This document shows, piece after piece, positions 27,601 to 40,559 of a DNA stretch of 64,000 bases (position 1 is its first letter; each line of letters starts with the position of its first letter). The notes beneath the pieces are model-generated. The model saw nothing but the letters and a program-made list of their open reading frames with translations, had not been told where the DNA came from and ran no database searches. Origin of the DNA: Eledone cirrhosa (Eukaryota); the NCBI GenBank assembly GCA_964016885.1, contig OZ024740.1:362328001-362392000 (forward strand), written 5' to 3'. Position numbers and translations under genes: made by a program.

Positions 27601-27760
27601 GGAAGAAGTTATTAAGGAGAAGAAAAATAATCAGAAAACTAACTGATATCATCATCATCATCATCATTTCATGTCCTTTTTCCATGCAGGCATGGGTTGG
27701 ACAGATTGTTGTGGTCCAATACCACACTAGCCACAGGAACATATCTTGCCCAAACATCTA

Positions 27761-28134
27761 ACCCTTTTGCATTTAGATTACTCTACATTAACTATTGTAT
27801 TTTCACAGAAAAGGCTTTATCTCACATATCGAATCTATGAGATTTTGATCAGTAGAGGGTCGGACGCCATGCTTTGACGCAAAGAGTTACGTCCCTTTAC
27901 TATCTGAGTTCAAATCCCGCCGAGGTTGACTTTGCCTTTCATCCTTACGGGGTCGATAAAATAAAGTACCAGTAATGCACTGGGTAATTGCTGGCCTTGT
28001 GCCTAAAGTAGAAACAATTATTTATTTTGAGAACAATACCTTAACGTCAGTATGAGAGGGCTGGTTACAACCGGTTTGAACAGAAAGAGGTGAAAAAATT
28101 CTGGCCAGATATAGCGGGTTTAAATGCTATAGGG
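27761..28134. mobile_element. TTAA-type MITE interrupted by a SINE (about 27849-28020, + strand)
   Basis: Ends TAACCCTTTTGCATTT / AAATGCTATAGGGTTA; inverted homolog of 34107-34327; internal SINE B box and core. Confidence 0.6.
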
Positions 28135-28490
28135 TTATATTTGACATGGTCGGATGCTGTTCCTAATGCAATGTATACTAGATGGATTTTATCACGGCTC
28201 CAGCGCTACGACTTTATAAAGTGTAATGGGTGTATTTTATCACATCAGCAGTACCACTTTACAGAGTATTCTATGTCCATTATATTGTGGTACCAGAAAT
28301 ACAACTTTGCAGAAATACAACTAGATGCATTTTATAATGGCTCCAACACTACTCCGTTATGTTCCAAATACTAGCTTAATAATAGCAATTTTTTTTAAAT
28401 TACAGGATATAAATACAGACACAGGCACAAACATAAATATATACATGGACACATACAACCCCCCCCCCCCCCCCCTCACACACACACAGA

Positions 28491-28525
<35 letters not shown>

Positions 28526-28789
28526 AATATATATATATAATGATAGGGTCCCTATCATTCCATTGCAAAGTGGTCGTGGAGGTACCACAGCAAAAAAGCA
28601 CCCAGCCCACACTGTAAAGTGGACGTGTAGGCACCACGGAAAAAAAAAAAGCACCCAGCACTCACTGTAAATGAGGTTGATGTTAGGAAGGGCATCCAGC
28701 TGTAGGAATCAAGCCAGAATCAGTTCCCATCCCACCCTTGTAAGCAAGGAAAAGCGGACGTAAAATGATGATGATGATGATGATGATAT

Positions 28790-28990
28790 ATAGGAAAAGA
28801 GTCAGGACCCCAATGGCTGAGATCTGGCAGTTTTGACAGCTAGATCCAAACTATTTGTATCTAGCTGTCAAAACAGCCGGAGCTCAGCTATCGGGGTCCT
28901 GACTCTTTTCCTATTACCCACTCTACTACGCTAAGTATTGAGTACTCTGCTGCGTTATGGTCCCCCTGGAATCTTACCACACCCTCTTTG
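28790..28990 (+). repeat. Fold-back insert with hairpin tail, in TA context
   Basis: Inverted arms 28790-28850 / 28854-28914, then ACTC..TTGAGT hairpin 28920-28943, then (TA)n. Confidence 0.8.
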
Positions 28991-29014
28991 TTATATATAT
29001 ATAATGTATACAAT

Positions 29015-29502
29015 GCAGATCTTGGGTACACAAGAGATGTAGTGGGATAGCAGGCAAACTAACAAGTAGGGAAAACTACGTATGCAGTAGATGTACAGGG
29101 AAATTTGACAGTAGAAGCCGCAGTAATAGAGACATTTTTCAAATGCAGGTAGGTTCTATAGAAGTGGTTGATAGCTTCCAAGCATAGGTAAGTTGAGAGA
29201 GAAACTGTGTATAAGAGGGATAAGTTGTAGTGTGCAGGAGAGAAGACTGCGGTGGTATGGACATGTGATGCGCATGGAGGATAACCGCTGGGTAAAGATG
29301 TGCCAAGAAATCCCAGTGGAAGGAAGACACACTAGAGGAAGACCACGAAAAACATGGGCGGAGGTGGTGAGGGCAGACTTTAGATTGCTGAAGCTCATGG
29401 AGGATATGGTGAGGGACCGTGACAAGTGGAGAGATGCTGTGCTGAATAAGACCCGTCACACCCTTGCAAGCAGGGAAAAGCGGACATAAAATGATGATGA
29501 TC
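29015..29502 (+). mobile_element. RTE LINE 3' fragment
   Basis: ERRLRWYGHVMRMED..GRPRKTW; tail GCGGACATAAAATGATGATGAT. Confidence 0.85.
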
Positions 29503-31799
29503 ATATATATATATATAAATAAAGTTATGTCGAATATCACTGAAGTTACCCTCAATTAAATTTTACTAGCAAAGTATTAGTGGATCCAAGTAATTTGTCC
29601 CAGATGCTGCACAGCAGGACTGAACCCAGAATCAGATGATTGTGAAGGAAACTCATTAACTACACAACCAACCTTGTGGTTAATGTTCTGTTTGAACATC
29701 CATAGGTTGGTGTCTCAAGAAAAAACTTCAGAGAGGGTGGGAAGTCAGGAAATCACTGTTCTAGTTTAGGGTGAAGTGATTAAAACAAGGTATTACATAA
29801 TACATACATTGTCCCTGTTCTTAAATCACCTGGTTTGCAAAAGCAACTTAAAAAATTGAAGTATTTCAAAACCATATCATGAGATTTATCAGTATTAAAC
29901 AGCTAACTGACATCAACGAATTTTAAATAAAATCAAAAGCCACTCTTTTAAACGCTGTTCATCTTAAAATTAAGCAATTGACTATTAAATAGTGTACAAT
30001 ATCTAGAAGTCTTCATATAATATCGAATGAATAGAAGTAAACATACACACACATGTACGCCAGGTCCAAACGCTTCTGTTTCTCTCGCCCTCCCTATCTC
30101 TCACTAATATAAGCAAATTGGGTCCCAGGCACTGGCCACCCCACGATCCCGGGGGACAAAATAGAAAAGGTGTTTTCCCCTAGCCACATCAAACATATGA
30201 TCTCTCTAAAATCTGCCTAGAGGGTATGATACCTGGAAAGAGGAAAGAGAAATTGAGTATAACCCAGGGTTAGATGGTGGGAGCAGATTCTAAAATAGTT
30301 TCAATGACAATAATTGCCAGAACTCAATGTAATAACAATGAATAGGAATAAATGGAGGATATATGCTGATGAAGTTTTGTACATTGTTGCTAGTGGAAAC
30401 AATGATTAAAATAACTTGAAGGTGAGATAAAATAAGGATGACAGGAGGAGGAGTAGTGGTTGGGATGAGTGGCAAGGGTATGCAGATAAATATTTCAGTA
30501 GAGCAAGAAGCAATTAACTATAGGAATTGTTTACAAGCACATGGGCATACATGTGAATGCATACATGGATATGGACACTTTATATGTGCACATGTGCATG
30601 TATGTATATGTATGTATATGTGCATGTATGTATATATGTACATGTGTTTCGTGTAGGTGGATGTGAAGGTGTATATATGTATATGCGTATGCATGTATGT
30701 GTATGCGCACATGTGTACATGTGGATGTATATAAATGAATGTCAAAGTGTTCATGTTATGGATGTATACATGTAGTTATGGATGTACATGTGTGTTTATG
30801 GATATGGATGTGTACATGTGTACAAGCATATATATGTATGTGGATGTGTACATGTGTTAGTGAATGGGGGTGTATATATGTGTACATGTGTATGTATGTA
30901 TGTGGATATGGATGCGTACATATGTATGTTGGTGAATGTGCTGGGCTGGTATACAGATGAATGTGCAATGAAACAAAAAGAAAGAAAGCAGGAAAAAAAG
31001 GCAAAACTTAAAACAAAAGAAGAAACAAAAAATACACTTCAAATGATCCATGGAGTGGATCTCTCAGAAATACCTGAGAGTAAAACTAAACACTTTGATT
31101 GATGAGATAGGAGGGATTTAATGTTTGTCTCATACATCGTGTTCCTCTTCCATCAAAGTCAAAACCTTCATCTTAGCTAATTCTAAAAGATTAGCACCAC
31201 AGACAATAGTAATGGTTTCTAATTTAGGCATAAAGCCAGCAATATGAGGAAAGAGGTAAGTCGATTAAATTGCTCCTTAAAGGATAAAAGGCAAAATTGA
31301 GCTCTGTGGGATTTGAACTTTATGTTCTGAGTTCAAATCTTGCCAAGGTCTACTTTGCCTTTCATCATTCCGAGGTTGAAAAAATAAAATACTGGTCAGA
31401 AATACCTAAGAGATCAACACATAATAATAACAACAACAATAACAGCAACAACAACATCAACAACATTAATAATAATAATTGTTTCTACTTTAGGCAAAAT
31501 GCCAACAATTTGTTGAGGGAAGTCAATTAAATCAACCTCAGTGCATTACTGGTACTTTATTTTATCGACCCCAGCAGGATTTGAAACCAGAACGTAAAGG
31601 GCCATAACTCAATACTGTGTAGTATGTTGTCTCACACTCTACCAATATTGCCAATCCATAATAATAATAATAATAATAATTATTACTATAATAATTTTTT
31701 TATTAGCTACACAGGGCTCACTAACAAAACATTAAAGATGGCACGTGTGTTTTTTCTGTAATATAAAAATTTACAACTGTGACTAAGAGAACAAATATT

Positions 31800-33560
31800 T
31801 AAAAAAATAAATAAATAAATTCCCCAAAAGAGGGGAGACGCCGAGGCTCACTCGTGGAGAAAGGCCTCAAAAGGCTATGGTTACCTTGTCCACTAGGGCA
31901 AGTGCCCCTATCCAGTTGTTTTCCTACAATCTACAGGCATATGCTCAAGGCAGGCCCATTCACTCAGACCATGCTCTCCATTCTCACTTACCATTCAAGT
32001 GAAACCTGAAAAAGTTAATCAGGACTTCGCCAAAGAGGATAGTGCTTGTCTTCAACCCTTTTAAACACATCCACCACATGGCCTCTTTTGCCATGGTGGC
32101 CAGGCAGATAAAAAATGCTTACCCTTCCCCTCTTAAGGACGACAGTGGGGTGATCTTCACAATCGACTCAGTTGATTGTCAGATCTGTTTGACATGTAAT
32201 GCAGGTGTTCAACATATACCCAAAGGTCAGCAATGCTTGGACAGTTGATGAGTGTATGCAGAATGGTTTTGTCACCTTTCGCACATCTTTGACTGGCCTG
32301 GCTGATGGCACTTCCATGCCTGTAGAGTTTATCTCAAACTGGCAAAGATCCTCATTAGCGTTGCCAGGCCAGGCATTTCTGGAAATTATCCATGGGCCCT
32401 GGACTGAAAGTCCTCAAGAAAAAAGTGGCTATGTCAATGTCCAGAGTCACCCCAAGAAGATAATAATAACAATAATAATAATAATTGTTTCTACTTTTGG
32501 CACAAGACCAGCAATTACCCAGTACATTACTGGTACTTTATTTTATCGACCCCGTAAGGATAAAAGGCAAAGTTAACCTTGACGGGATTTGAACTCAGAC
32601 CGTAAAGGGACATAACTATGCTAGAAAGCATGGCGTCCGACCCTCTACCGATACTGCCAATAATAATAATTTCTTATTGGCCACAAGGATCAAAACATGT
32701 ATGACAATACAAAAGAGGAGACAGTGGGGATTTACAAAAAAAAAAAATGAACGAGTAAAAAAGATAATAGATAACAATAAACAACAAAATACATAACAAT
32801 AAAAATTTCCCAATATGGGGGAGTACTACCTAGGGGTGACTTAAGAACCCCCACTAATCCTAAACCACCCTACTCTCCAAATGTACCCTAGGATGGCACT
32901 CCTCTCCTCTTTAAACTAACCAGCCTACCAGTACATGGTTAGAGTAGGCCCATTCACTCAGGCCATCCTTACTACATTCACCCATACTGACTCTCAAAAC
33001 ATTACTGCAGCAGCTGCAGCTGATGTAGAGCATCCTGCTCAACCCAGCATGTTGAAGGGCTGCCTTCATTGATCCAAATTGATCAGAGCCCCACCAATGA
33101 CACATTTACTCCATACCTTCTCAATAATCTAGTGCATGGGGTGAAGGTTATCATGTATGGACCTGGTTGGGATTGCGCATGTCTGCTCCTCCCTTACCAG
33201 GCTTTTCACATCAAGTACAAAGGGAAATATTCCCAGTCTGTTGTTAGTTGTGAAAGATGTTTGCCAAACAAGGGGTGAGCATGTCTGGTATGTACCTATG
33301 AAGCTTATAGGGGCAGACCTACAAACCCAAGAGATTTACCCCCTGTACAACCACTCATATTCAGTCATATCTCATGTGCAGCTATTGGTTTCTGGCAATG
33401 CTCCACCTTTTCAGCAGAGAACTATGACAGATCATCGAAGTAGGCAGAAAACTCCACCATTTCCATTTTCAATCTATGTCAACCGTCAAACCGTCAGGAA
33501 AAACTGCAGATATCAACCCAGAATAAATATGTGAGAATTTTTCAACAGCAAATATTAGTA
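31800..33560 (-). mobile_element. Decayed L1/Tx1-like LINE fragments, interrupted by a SINE (32481-32660)
   Basis: Minus strand about 31960-32120 is homologous to 40690-40850 (..MAKE..WW..LKGL..FF..H); family assignment tentative. Confidence 0.5.
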
Positions 33561-34106
33561 GCAGACTTCTGATGTGCTAGTCAGCAAATGTCTGTCTGCT
33601 GGTGCCTTTCAAAAAGATTTGCCCATTAACTTGCTGCCAAGCCATTATTTGTGTTTCCTTGTCGATTTATATATAACATTCTCCACCAGCACAGTCTTCA
33701 CATTTCACAAAAAAAGCTGGGAGGAGTATATTATAGTGACCTTTCTATTTTGTTTTTTTTCTTCTTTTATTTTTGTATTTATGGTGTTTGTTATATCTAT
33801 GCTTTTTCCTGTTGTTGCTGTTATTGTTAGAGGTTCTGTGAGTTTGATTGTTTTTATTGTTTATACTGTTTTTAATGTTATAGTGGTGGTACTAGTGGTG
33901 GATTGATGGTTTGGCTGCTATTTGGCAGTCTGTTGACATTTATATTTTGCATAATAGGTTGATGTCCCTCCTTGCTGCCATCATCAAATGACTATAGGTT
34001 GTCATGACCCAGTACTTTATACCAACTCTTCACCACTTGATGAGAATTTGGAAGCATCAGAGAGGGACTAGGGAAATGTTGTTTGATGCTGTAAAATATT
34101 ACTTAA

Positions 34107-34327
34107 CCCTTTAGCATTTAAACCGGCCATATCCGGCCAGAATTTTCTCACCTTTTTCTGTTCAAACAGGCCATAACTGGTTGCTCATACCAAAGTTATG
34201 ATATTGTTCTCAAAATAAATAACATCTAAATCTCATAGCTTCGATATTATGTGAGATAAGTGTGTGAGGTAAAGATTTTACTGTGAAAATATAATAGTAA
34301 ATATGGAGTATTGTAAAGGCTAAAGGG
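34107..34327. mobile_element. piggyBac-like MITE
   Basis: TTAA|CCCTTTAGC ... GCTAAAGGG|TTAA; related copies near 27761 and 54420-54650. Confidence 0.75.
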
Positions 34328-36314
34328 TTAAAAGAGGACCCCAGGATGAGTATCAAGCCTGTCAAGAAGCCTGCTAATCTAACCCTTGCTTTAGCAGGGA
34401 AAATAGCCTTCAAACACGTTGTCCTATGTTCATTCAATCCAGTAATGAAGTACAATTTAGACTGAATCTACATCCTCTCTATATCTGGCCATTCCATTGA
34501 TTATAACTTTGCAATATATCTTCATTACATTCATTTTGAAAATTAAAATTATCATGCACCTGTTATAAGTTCAATTAATACATTCCAATGTTTAATTTTT
34601 AACATTCTGTAATGACTAAAAACAGTTTTTTTAATTCAAATGTTAATAGTATTTTTACTAATGGACATTTCATTGTGAAAATTTGCAGTATTAGATAAGA
34701 AGTTTTAACATTTAATGTGTTGCAGTCACATTAAGAGTTAAAGTAGTGGAATGTGATTTGAGGGAGATTTGACAAATAAGCTACTTGCAGTAGATCAAGT
34801 GACAATGTGTGAGCTCTTGTGTGAGCTTCATTCATCGGCTGTTGCAACTACTTAAAACTAAACTGAATCAACTGCAAAGCTACTCATCTTGCATGGCTAA
34901 TCAACCTGCTTGCAAGCAGTAAAGAAAAATGAAAGGTATCGATTGCCAGATCAGAAACAGGTGGCTAGATTTTTATTGGTCTTTCCATTGCTGATATTAT
35001 TTGTTGGTCACAATGCAACCCTTGGTAGAAGGAGGAAGGATTTTAACTCAGAATGCACAGAGCTAAATCAGATATCACAAAGTATCCTGTCTGATCCACC
35101 ACCTCTGAATAGATAAATTTGATCTTGACAAGATTGAACAAATACAGATACTCTAACAATTCTGCCAATTTGACCTGCTTGAAACAGCAGCCAAATTTCT
35201 TTCAAATCACAGCTTACTGCCTGATGGATAAACAGAAAGGACACATCAGATATTATATTCTTAGACACCCTTAAAACAACATGATGGGCATGACTAGATT
35301 ACCTCTGGTTTTTTATCTGTTCAATCAAGGCTAACATGAGCCAAAACAATAACAACTTAAATTAAAATGGATTTAGCTATTGGGATGGTGAAATCCATTT
35401 CACTAAGATCTAACATTTAATCTCATTGATATTAAATTTCAGACATCTATCTCAGAACTGTCGTCCGTTTGTCCTGTAATCAATTTAACCATCTACACCA
35501 TTACTTTCCTCATTACACAACAATATTTACAGCAGAAACACTATATTTAGCTTTGAAACCAGGACTTTTAAACATGTTTTCCATTATGCCACCATAGCAA
35601 CATCCATGTCATTTGCACAATTATACATTCTTATTTCCAACTGTCAACTAAATATCAGGGGACTTTAGTTGTTCTCGGAAGATGACTATATATTTACATA
35701 TACAGATATACATAAATACACATTTGCATATATCAAAATAATATTACAAAAACAATTATAACACATGGACTGTTATCATGAAACCTGCCTATTGTATTGA
35801 CATCTCATACGTCATCAATGACATGAAACATATGTATCAATGTATCAAATAGCTTACATGGCTATTGAGTACTTAAGTTCAATATACTTGTCAATATTAT
35901 TTACAGCCTAAAAGTACTTCTAACAGAGGATTAAAATATTTTATCTGTTATAGCATTTATATGTTAGGCCCCAAAGCTAATTAACTTGTCATGCATGTTT
36001 TGCTAAAAGATATAAAGGACAATATATATGTAACAACATTGCAAAACAGATATACAAAGAAAGATACACACACGTGATAGATACATAAAAACATATACAC
36101 ACACTCACACATTTATATGTATATATATGTGTGTATATATGTTTTTGTGTATGTATATATGTCTCTTTATAATATAACATACTCTACTACCCCAAGTATC
36201 GACTACTCTGTTAAGTAATGGTCTAATCAGTTTTAAACTGAATCCAACCAGATTTATATATATATATCATCATCATCGTTTAAGGTCCATCTTCCACGCT
36301 AGCATGGGCTAGAT

Positions 36315-38215
36315 CAGGGGTCACCAAACTACGGCCCGCGGGCCGGATCAGGCCCGCACGTCAGTTCATCAGGCCCGTCAACGGTACTTGCATTTGCATG
36401 ATAAAACGGATGGAACACGAGATGTTTCTAATTCAATGTCTTTTTCATTTTCAGATCCCGTTTTCTTCACCCTTTATTATGGCTACTAAGGAAAGAAAAG
36501 TGAACACCGAGTGTCGCGCTTTCAATGAAGAATGGGGAGTAAAGTACTTCTTTGTGGAAACAAAGGACCAGAAAGCTAGTTGCGTGGTATGCAGAGAAAG
36601 TGTTACCGTTTTGAAAGAGTACAATCTTCGGCGTCACTATGAAACAAAACATCTATCAACATATTCAAAGTTTTCTGGAAAGTTACGCTCTGAGAAATAT
36701 GAGTCCATGAAACATGGTTTAGAAACTCAAAGAAATCTCTTCACGAGAAAGTTTGCTGAAAATGAATCTGTCACTCGTACAAGTTACAAAATAGTGCATA
36801 AGTTGGTAGAGCGAGGAAAACAGTTTACTGATGGCAACTTCATCAAAGAGTGTATGATGGAAGCAGCAAATGACTTGTGTCCTGAGAAAGCCGATTTGTT
36901 TGGAAGTATCAGCCTTTCGGCAAGTTCAGTTGTACGGAGAACAGAAGAACTTGGAGAGAACATAGTGCTACAGATACGCGAGAAAGCTAGGAACTTGTGT
37001 ACTGAAACCAGTCGTTTCTGCTGTGAACTTCATTCGGGGACATGCACTCAATCACCGTCAGTTCCAGGCTTTTCTTGAAGAAATTGATTCTGATTTCTGT
37101 GACTTGCCTTATCACACAGCAGTGAGGTGGATCAGCTGCGGTAAAGTCCTGTTTCGTTTTTACAAGCTCCAAAACGAAATAGATATTTTTCTCACTGAAA
37201 AAGATGGAGCTGATCCACAGCTGTCAGATCCTACCTGGCTGTCAAAGTTGTCATTTTTGGTCGACATCACATCCCACATGAATGAACTGAACTTGAAACT
37301 TCAGGGAAAGGATAACCTCGTCTGTGATCTCTACAGAATCATCAAAGGATTTCGGAGAAAGCTGTCATTGTTTGAAGCACAACTGGAAGGAGAAAACTTC
37401 TCTCATTTTCACTGTTTCAAAGAGTTTTGCGCTACAATTGCTGAAGATGTCAACCTCGATTTTCCTAAAAAGATTATTCGTGACTTGAAGAAGCATTTTT
37501 TGGAGAGATTTTCAGATCTCGACAGAATTGAGAGTGACATTCTTCTGTTCTAGAATCCGTTTGATTGTAACCTTGATGATGTGCCAGTTGAACTACAGTT
37601 GGAGCTCATTGATTTGCAAGCAAATGACTTGTTGAAAGAGAAACACAGAGAAGGAAAACTTGTTGAATTTTACCGCTTCTTACCTGATGTTGAGTTTCCG
37701 AAATTGAAGAAATTTGCCGCTGATATGGCATCATTGTTTGGAACAACTTATGTCTGTGAGCAAACATTTTCAAAAATAAAATGTCAAGTCAGCACATCAA
37801 ACGAGATTGACTGATGAATATTTGAAAGCAATTCTCTTGATTGGGTGCAGCAATTCCAAAGCAAACATTGATGATATCTTGAAAGGCAAACGTCAGTTTC
37901 ACAAATCTCACTAACCTTTTTGCTGTTTAGTTTGTAAGATTCGGTTATGTGCACACTAGGTCTAATGTAACTATATTTTTGCTAACGTCGCCTTCTTTGA
38001 TAACTTTTTAGTAAATAAATATGTTGGTTGTCTTTGTTTTTTGTGCATTGCACGCCACTCACCCATGATTAACACGGAATGCTAAACGTAGTGTTTCGTC
38101 TTTTTTCCCAGAGCTTTCATTCTGGCTTGCAATTATTGAACAGAATGATTATGTGGCCCGCGCTCGTCATTCTTTCAGTTATCCGGCCCACTGTGAAAAA
38201 GTTTGGTAACCCCTG
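36315..38215 (+). mobile_element. hAT transposon, Buster/Charlie (SPIN/GTF2IRD2-like), internally deleted
   Basis: TIRs CAGGGGTCACCAAACT / AGTTTGGTAACCCCTG; 8-bp flanks GGCTAGAT / CCCTAGAT (nnnTAnnn); BED finger CVVC..LRRHYETKH, HTAVRW, FGTTYVCEQTFS; the catalytic N-terminal part is missing at about 36995. Confidence 0.92.
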
Positions 38216-38276
38216 CCCTAGATATATTTATATATATATTTATATATATATAAATATATATATATATATACACACG

Positions 38277-38306
<30 letters not shown>

Positions 38307-38308
<2 letters not shown>

Positions 38309-38534
38309 CAATATGTTGAAAAGGTAACACATCAGAGAGAGAGATAACCTTTCATAGGTTATAGATTCCATACACTGGTGGGTTTTTCCCTGTTTTATTG
38401 ATAACACACTGTATATCTCTCTCTCTGGTGTGTTACCTTTTCAACATATTGTATTTTAAAGAGCTCAGGATCTCTTCTCCTTTGAGCACATTATTTACAG
38501 GGAATAGCGAGGGCCTATGCCTCCGTTAATTTAT

Positions 38535-38540
<6 letters not shown>
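38307..38540 (+). repeat. Fold-back insert with hairpin tail between TA tracts
   Basis: Arms 38307-38346 / 38414-38453; GCTCA..TGAGC hairpin 38463-38487. Confidence 0.75.
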
Positions 38541-38576
<36 letters not shown>

Positions 38577-38635
38577 GTTAAACGATGATGATGATATACA
38601 TATATATAAGATTTTCGCTCTACATGACTGAATAC

Positions 38636-38879
38636 AATAAATGTAATCTGAGTTTTTGAATGGTTTCCAATTATGCAAACAGCCTCTTTTTTAAAGCCAT
38701 GTCAGTAGAATTAGCCCCTCATTCTTGCTCTTGTGTTGGGAATTCTGTTTACATGCCAACACAGGAGCAAGAATGAGGGGCTCATTCTACTGACATGGCT
38801 TTAAAAAGAGGCTGTTTGCATAATTGCAAACAAATTGAATATTATTATTAATATTAAAAAAACTCACAGTACATTTATT
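38636..38879. repeat. Fold-back palindrome between TA tracts
   Basis: Arms 38668-38739 / 38756-38826 plus weaker outer arms. Confidence 0.8.
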
Positions 38880-38881
38880 AT

Positions 38882-38948
<67 letters not shown>

Positions 38949-38956
<8 letters not shown>

Positions 38957-39339
38957 TAAGAGGAATTCCAACTTTGTCTGATTTACTCGTTTTATTTACA
39001 ATCCTTTAAAATTTATAATGGTATTATAATGAAATAGTATGATAGAATATTAAATTCTAAGTGTTAATTGAACAAGTACTTCCATGCTTTCGCAATCTTC
39101 AGGTTCATAATATGTGGTGACAGTCAAGTTTGCAATTTTCAACAGTTGAAAATTGCAAACTTGACTGTCACCACATATCATGAACCTGAAGATTGCGAAA
39201 GCATGGAAGTACTTGTTCAATTAACACTTAGAATTTAATATTCTATCATACTATTTCATTATAATACCATTATAAATTTTAAAGGATTGTAAATAAAACG
39301 AGTAAATGAGACAAAGTTGGAATTCCTCTTATTAATATA
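38949..39339. repeat. Near-perfect 391-bp palindrome carrying mirrored HHRs
   Basis: Symmetric about 39144; 195-bp arms with only about 2 mismatches seen; TA tracts on both sides. Confidence 0.9.
39181..39219 (+). ncRNA. Minimal hammerhead-like motif, GGAA variant (mirror copy 39069-39107, - strand)
   Basis: TGAAC-CTGAAGA-T TGC gaaa GCA T-GGAA-GTAC-TT-GTTCA. Confidence 0.65.
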
Positions 39340-39381
39340 ATCTTCTATACACAATCATACACACCCGTGTATATTTACCTA

Positions 39382-39413
<32 letters not shown>

Positions 39414-39418
<5 letters not shown>

Positions 39419-39850
39419 TTCGTATTTCCAAAGAAATACGGTTTTAGGAAGCTGTAGCTATCCAAACACCGGGGGGGGGGGGTCTAACGCCCTTTGGTAG
39501 TGTCCAGCAGAAGCAAGGGGGATAACCGTCTATGCATTTCAAACTTGACTTGCCATCATCAGGACGATCCCACCCACTGCTCGCGACTGTTGGACTTGAA
39601 AACAGCTGAGAATATATAGTTTTCTCGTCTGTGTAAATGAGGTGATTAATCTCATTTGCATATGAAGATGCATAAGTTGGCACAACTTATAATAGAAAAG
39701 AAATAAGATTTCGCTTCAAGCATAACTTTATACAATATGTATAAAAATTTCGTGTTTCTAAAGAAATACGGTTTTAGGAAGCCGTAGCTATGCAAACACC
39801 GGTGGGCTAATGCCCTCTGGTGGAGTCCAGCAGAAGCAAGGGGGACAACC
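39414..39850 (-). mobile_element. HHR-containing repeat, family A, 1.3 tandem units (330-bp period)
   Basis: AAATTTCG at 39415 recurs at 39745; homologous to 16206-16514. Confidence 0.8.
39525..39568 (-). ncRNA. Type I minimal hammerhead ribozyme
   Basis: ATCGTC-CTGATGA-TGGC aagtcaa GTTT-GAAA-TGCA-TA-GACGGT; canonical core, weak helix II. Confidence 0.75.
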
Positions 39851-40226
39851 AACTTTGATAACTTTGATAGGTTTCAGCCAGTATTGATACATGCCATGTC
39901 TAACTTAATATCACCACCTGGCAAAGTCTTTCAAATCATGACAGACATATCCAGGAGTAAAGGGTTTATATGGAATGTTTTGAGGAATTTGTCCTGAGAC
40001 AGTTTGAATTTTATGAGATCTGTTTCCCTTTTTATATGTTTTCGTTTAATGTTAAAGAGAGTGGGACCAGTTGAGGTGAAATAAATGAGCTGTAATGTTG
40101 TTATGAGATATGAGCTTGATTTTTCTTGTGGGCAGAGAGCATGGGGCCCAAGCCTTGTGTATATTTTGAAAATGATGTCAACATCATTTGGACAATGTTG
40201 ATGGAATATTTTCCACATAATGCAAA

Positions 40227-40411
40227 TAATTGTTTCTACTTTTGGCACAAGGCCAGCAATTATCCCAGTGTATTACTGGTGCTTTATTTTATCGACCCCG
40301 TAACAATGAAAGGCAAAGTTAACCTCGGCAGGATTTGAACTCAGACCATAAGGGGCTGCAACTCTTTGCTGCAAAGCATGGCATCCAACCTTCTACCGAT
40401 ACTGCCAATCC
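40227..40411 (-). mobile_element. tRNA-derived SINE
   Basis: Same family as 23142-23329. Confidence 0.8.
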
Positions 40412-40559
40412 AGTGCTCACAGCAGTGTTGGAGAGAGTAGAGTTTCACCTTTTCTAGTCAACCTCAATAGTCGAGGCCTGTCATGCTATCTATAAGGATC
40501 CTGCCAGAAGAATCTGTCCAAGATGTGAGCAGAACACCAAACCATTCTGCATGCCATTG

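Noticed and set aside
36398-37814. Domesticated GTF2IRD2/ZBED-like host gene
   Set aside because: TIRs and TSD are present, with an internal deletion and stop codons; it is a transposon copy.
37805-37840. CTGATGA..GAAA inside the hAT
   Set aside because: Lies in transposase coding sequence and has no helix I pairing.
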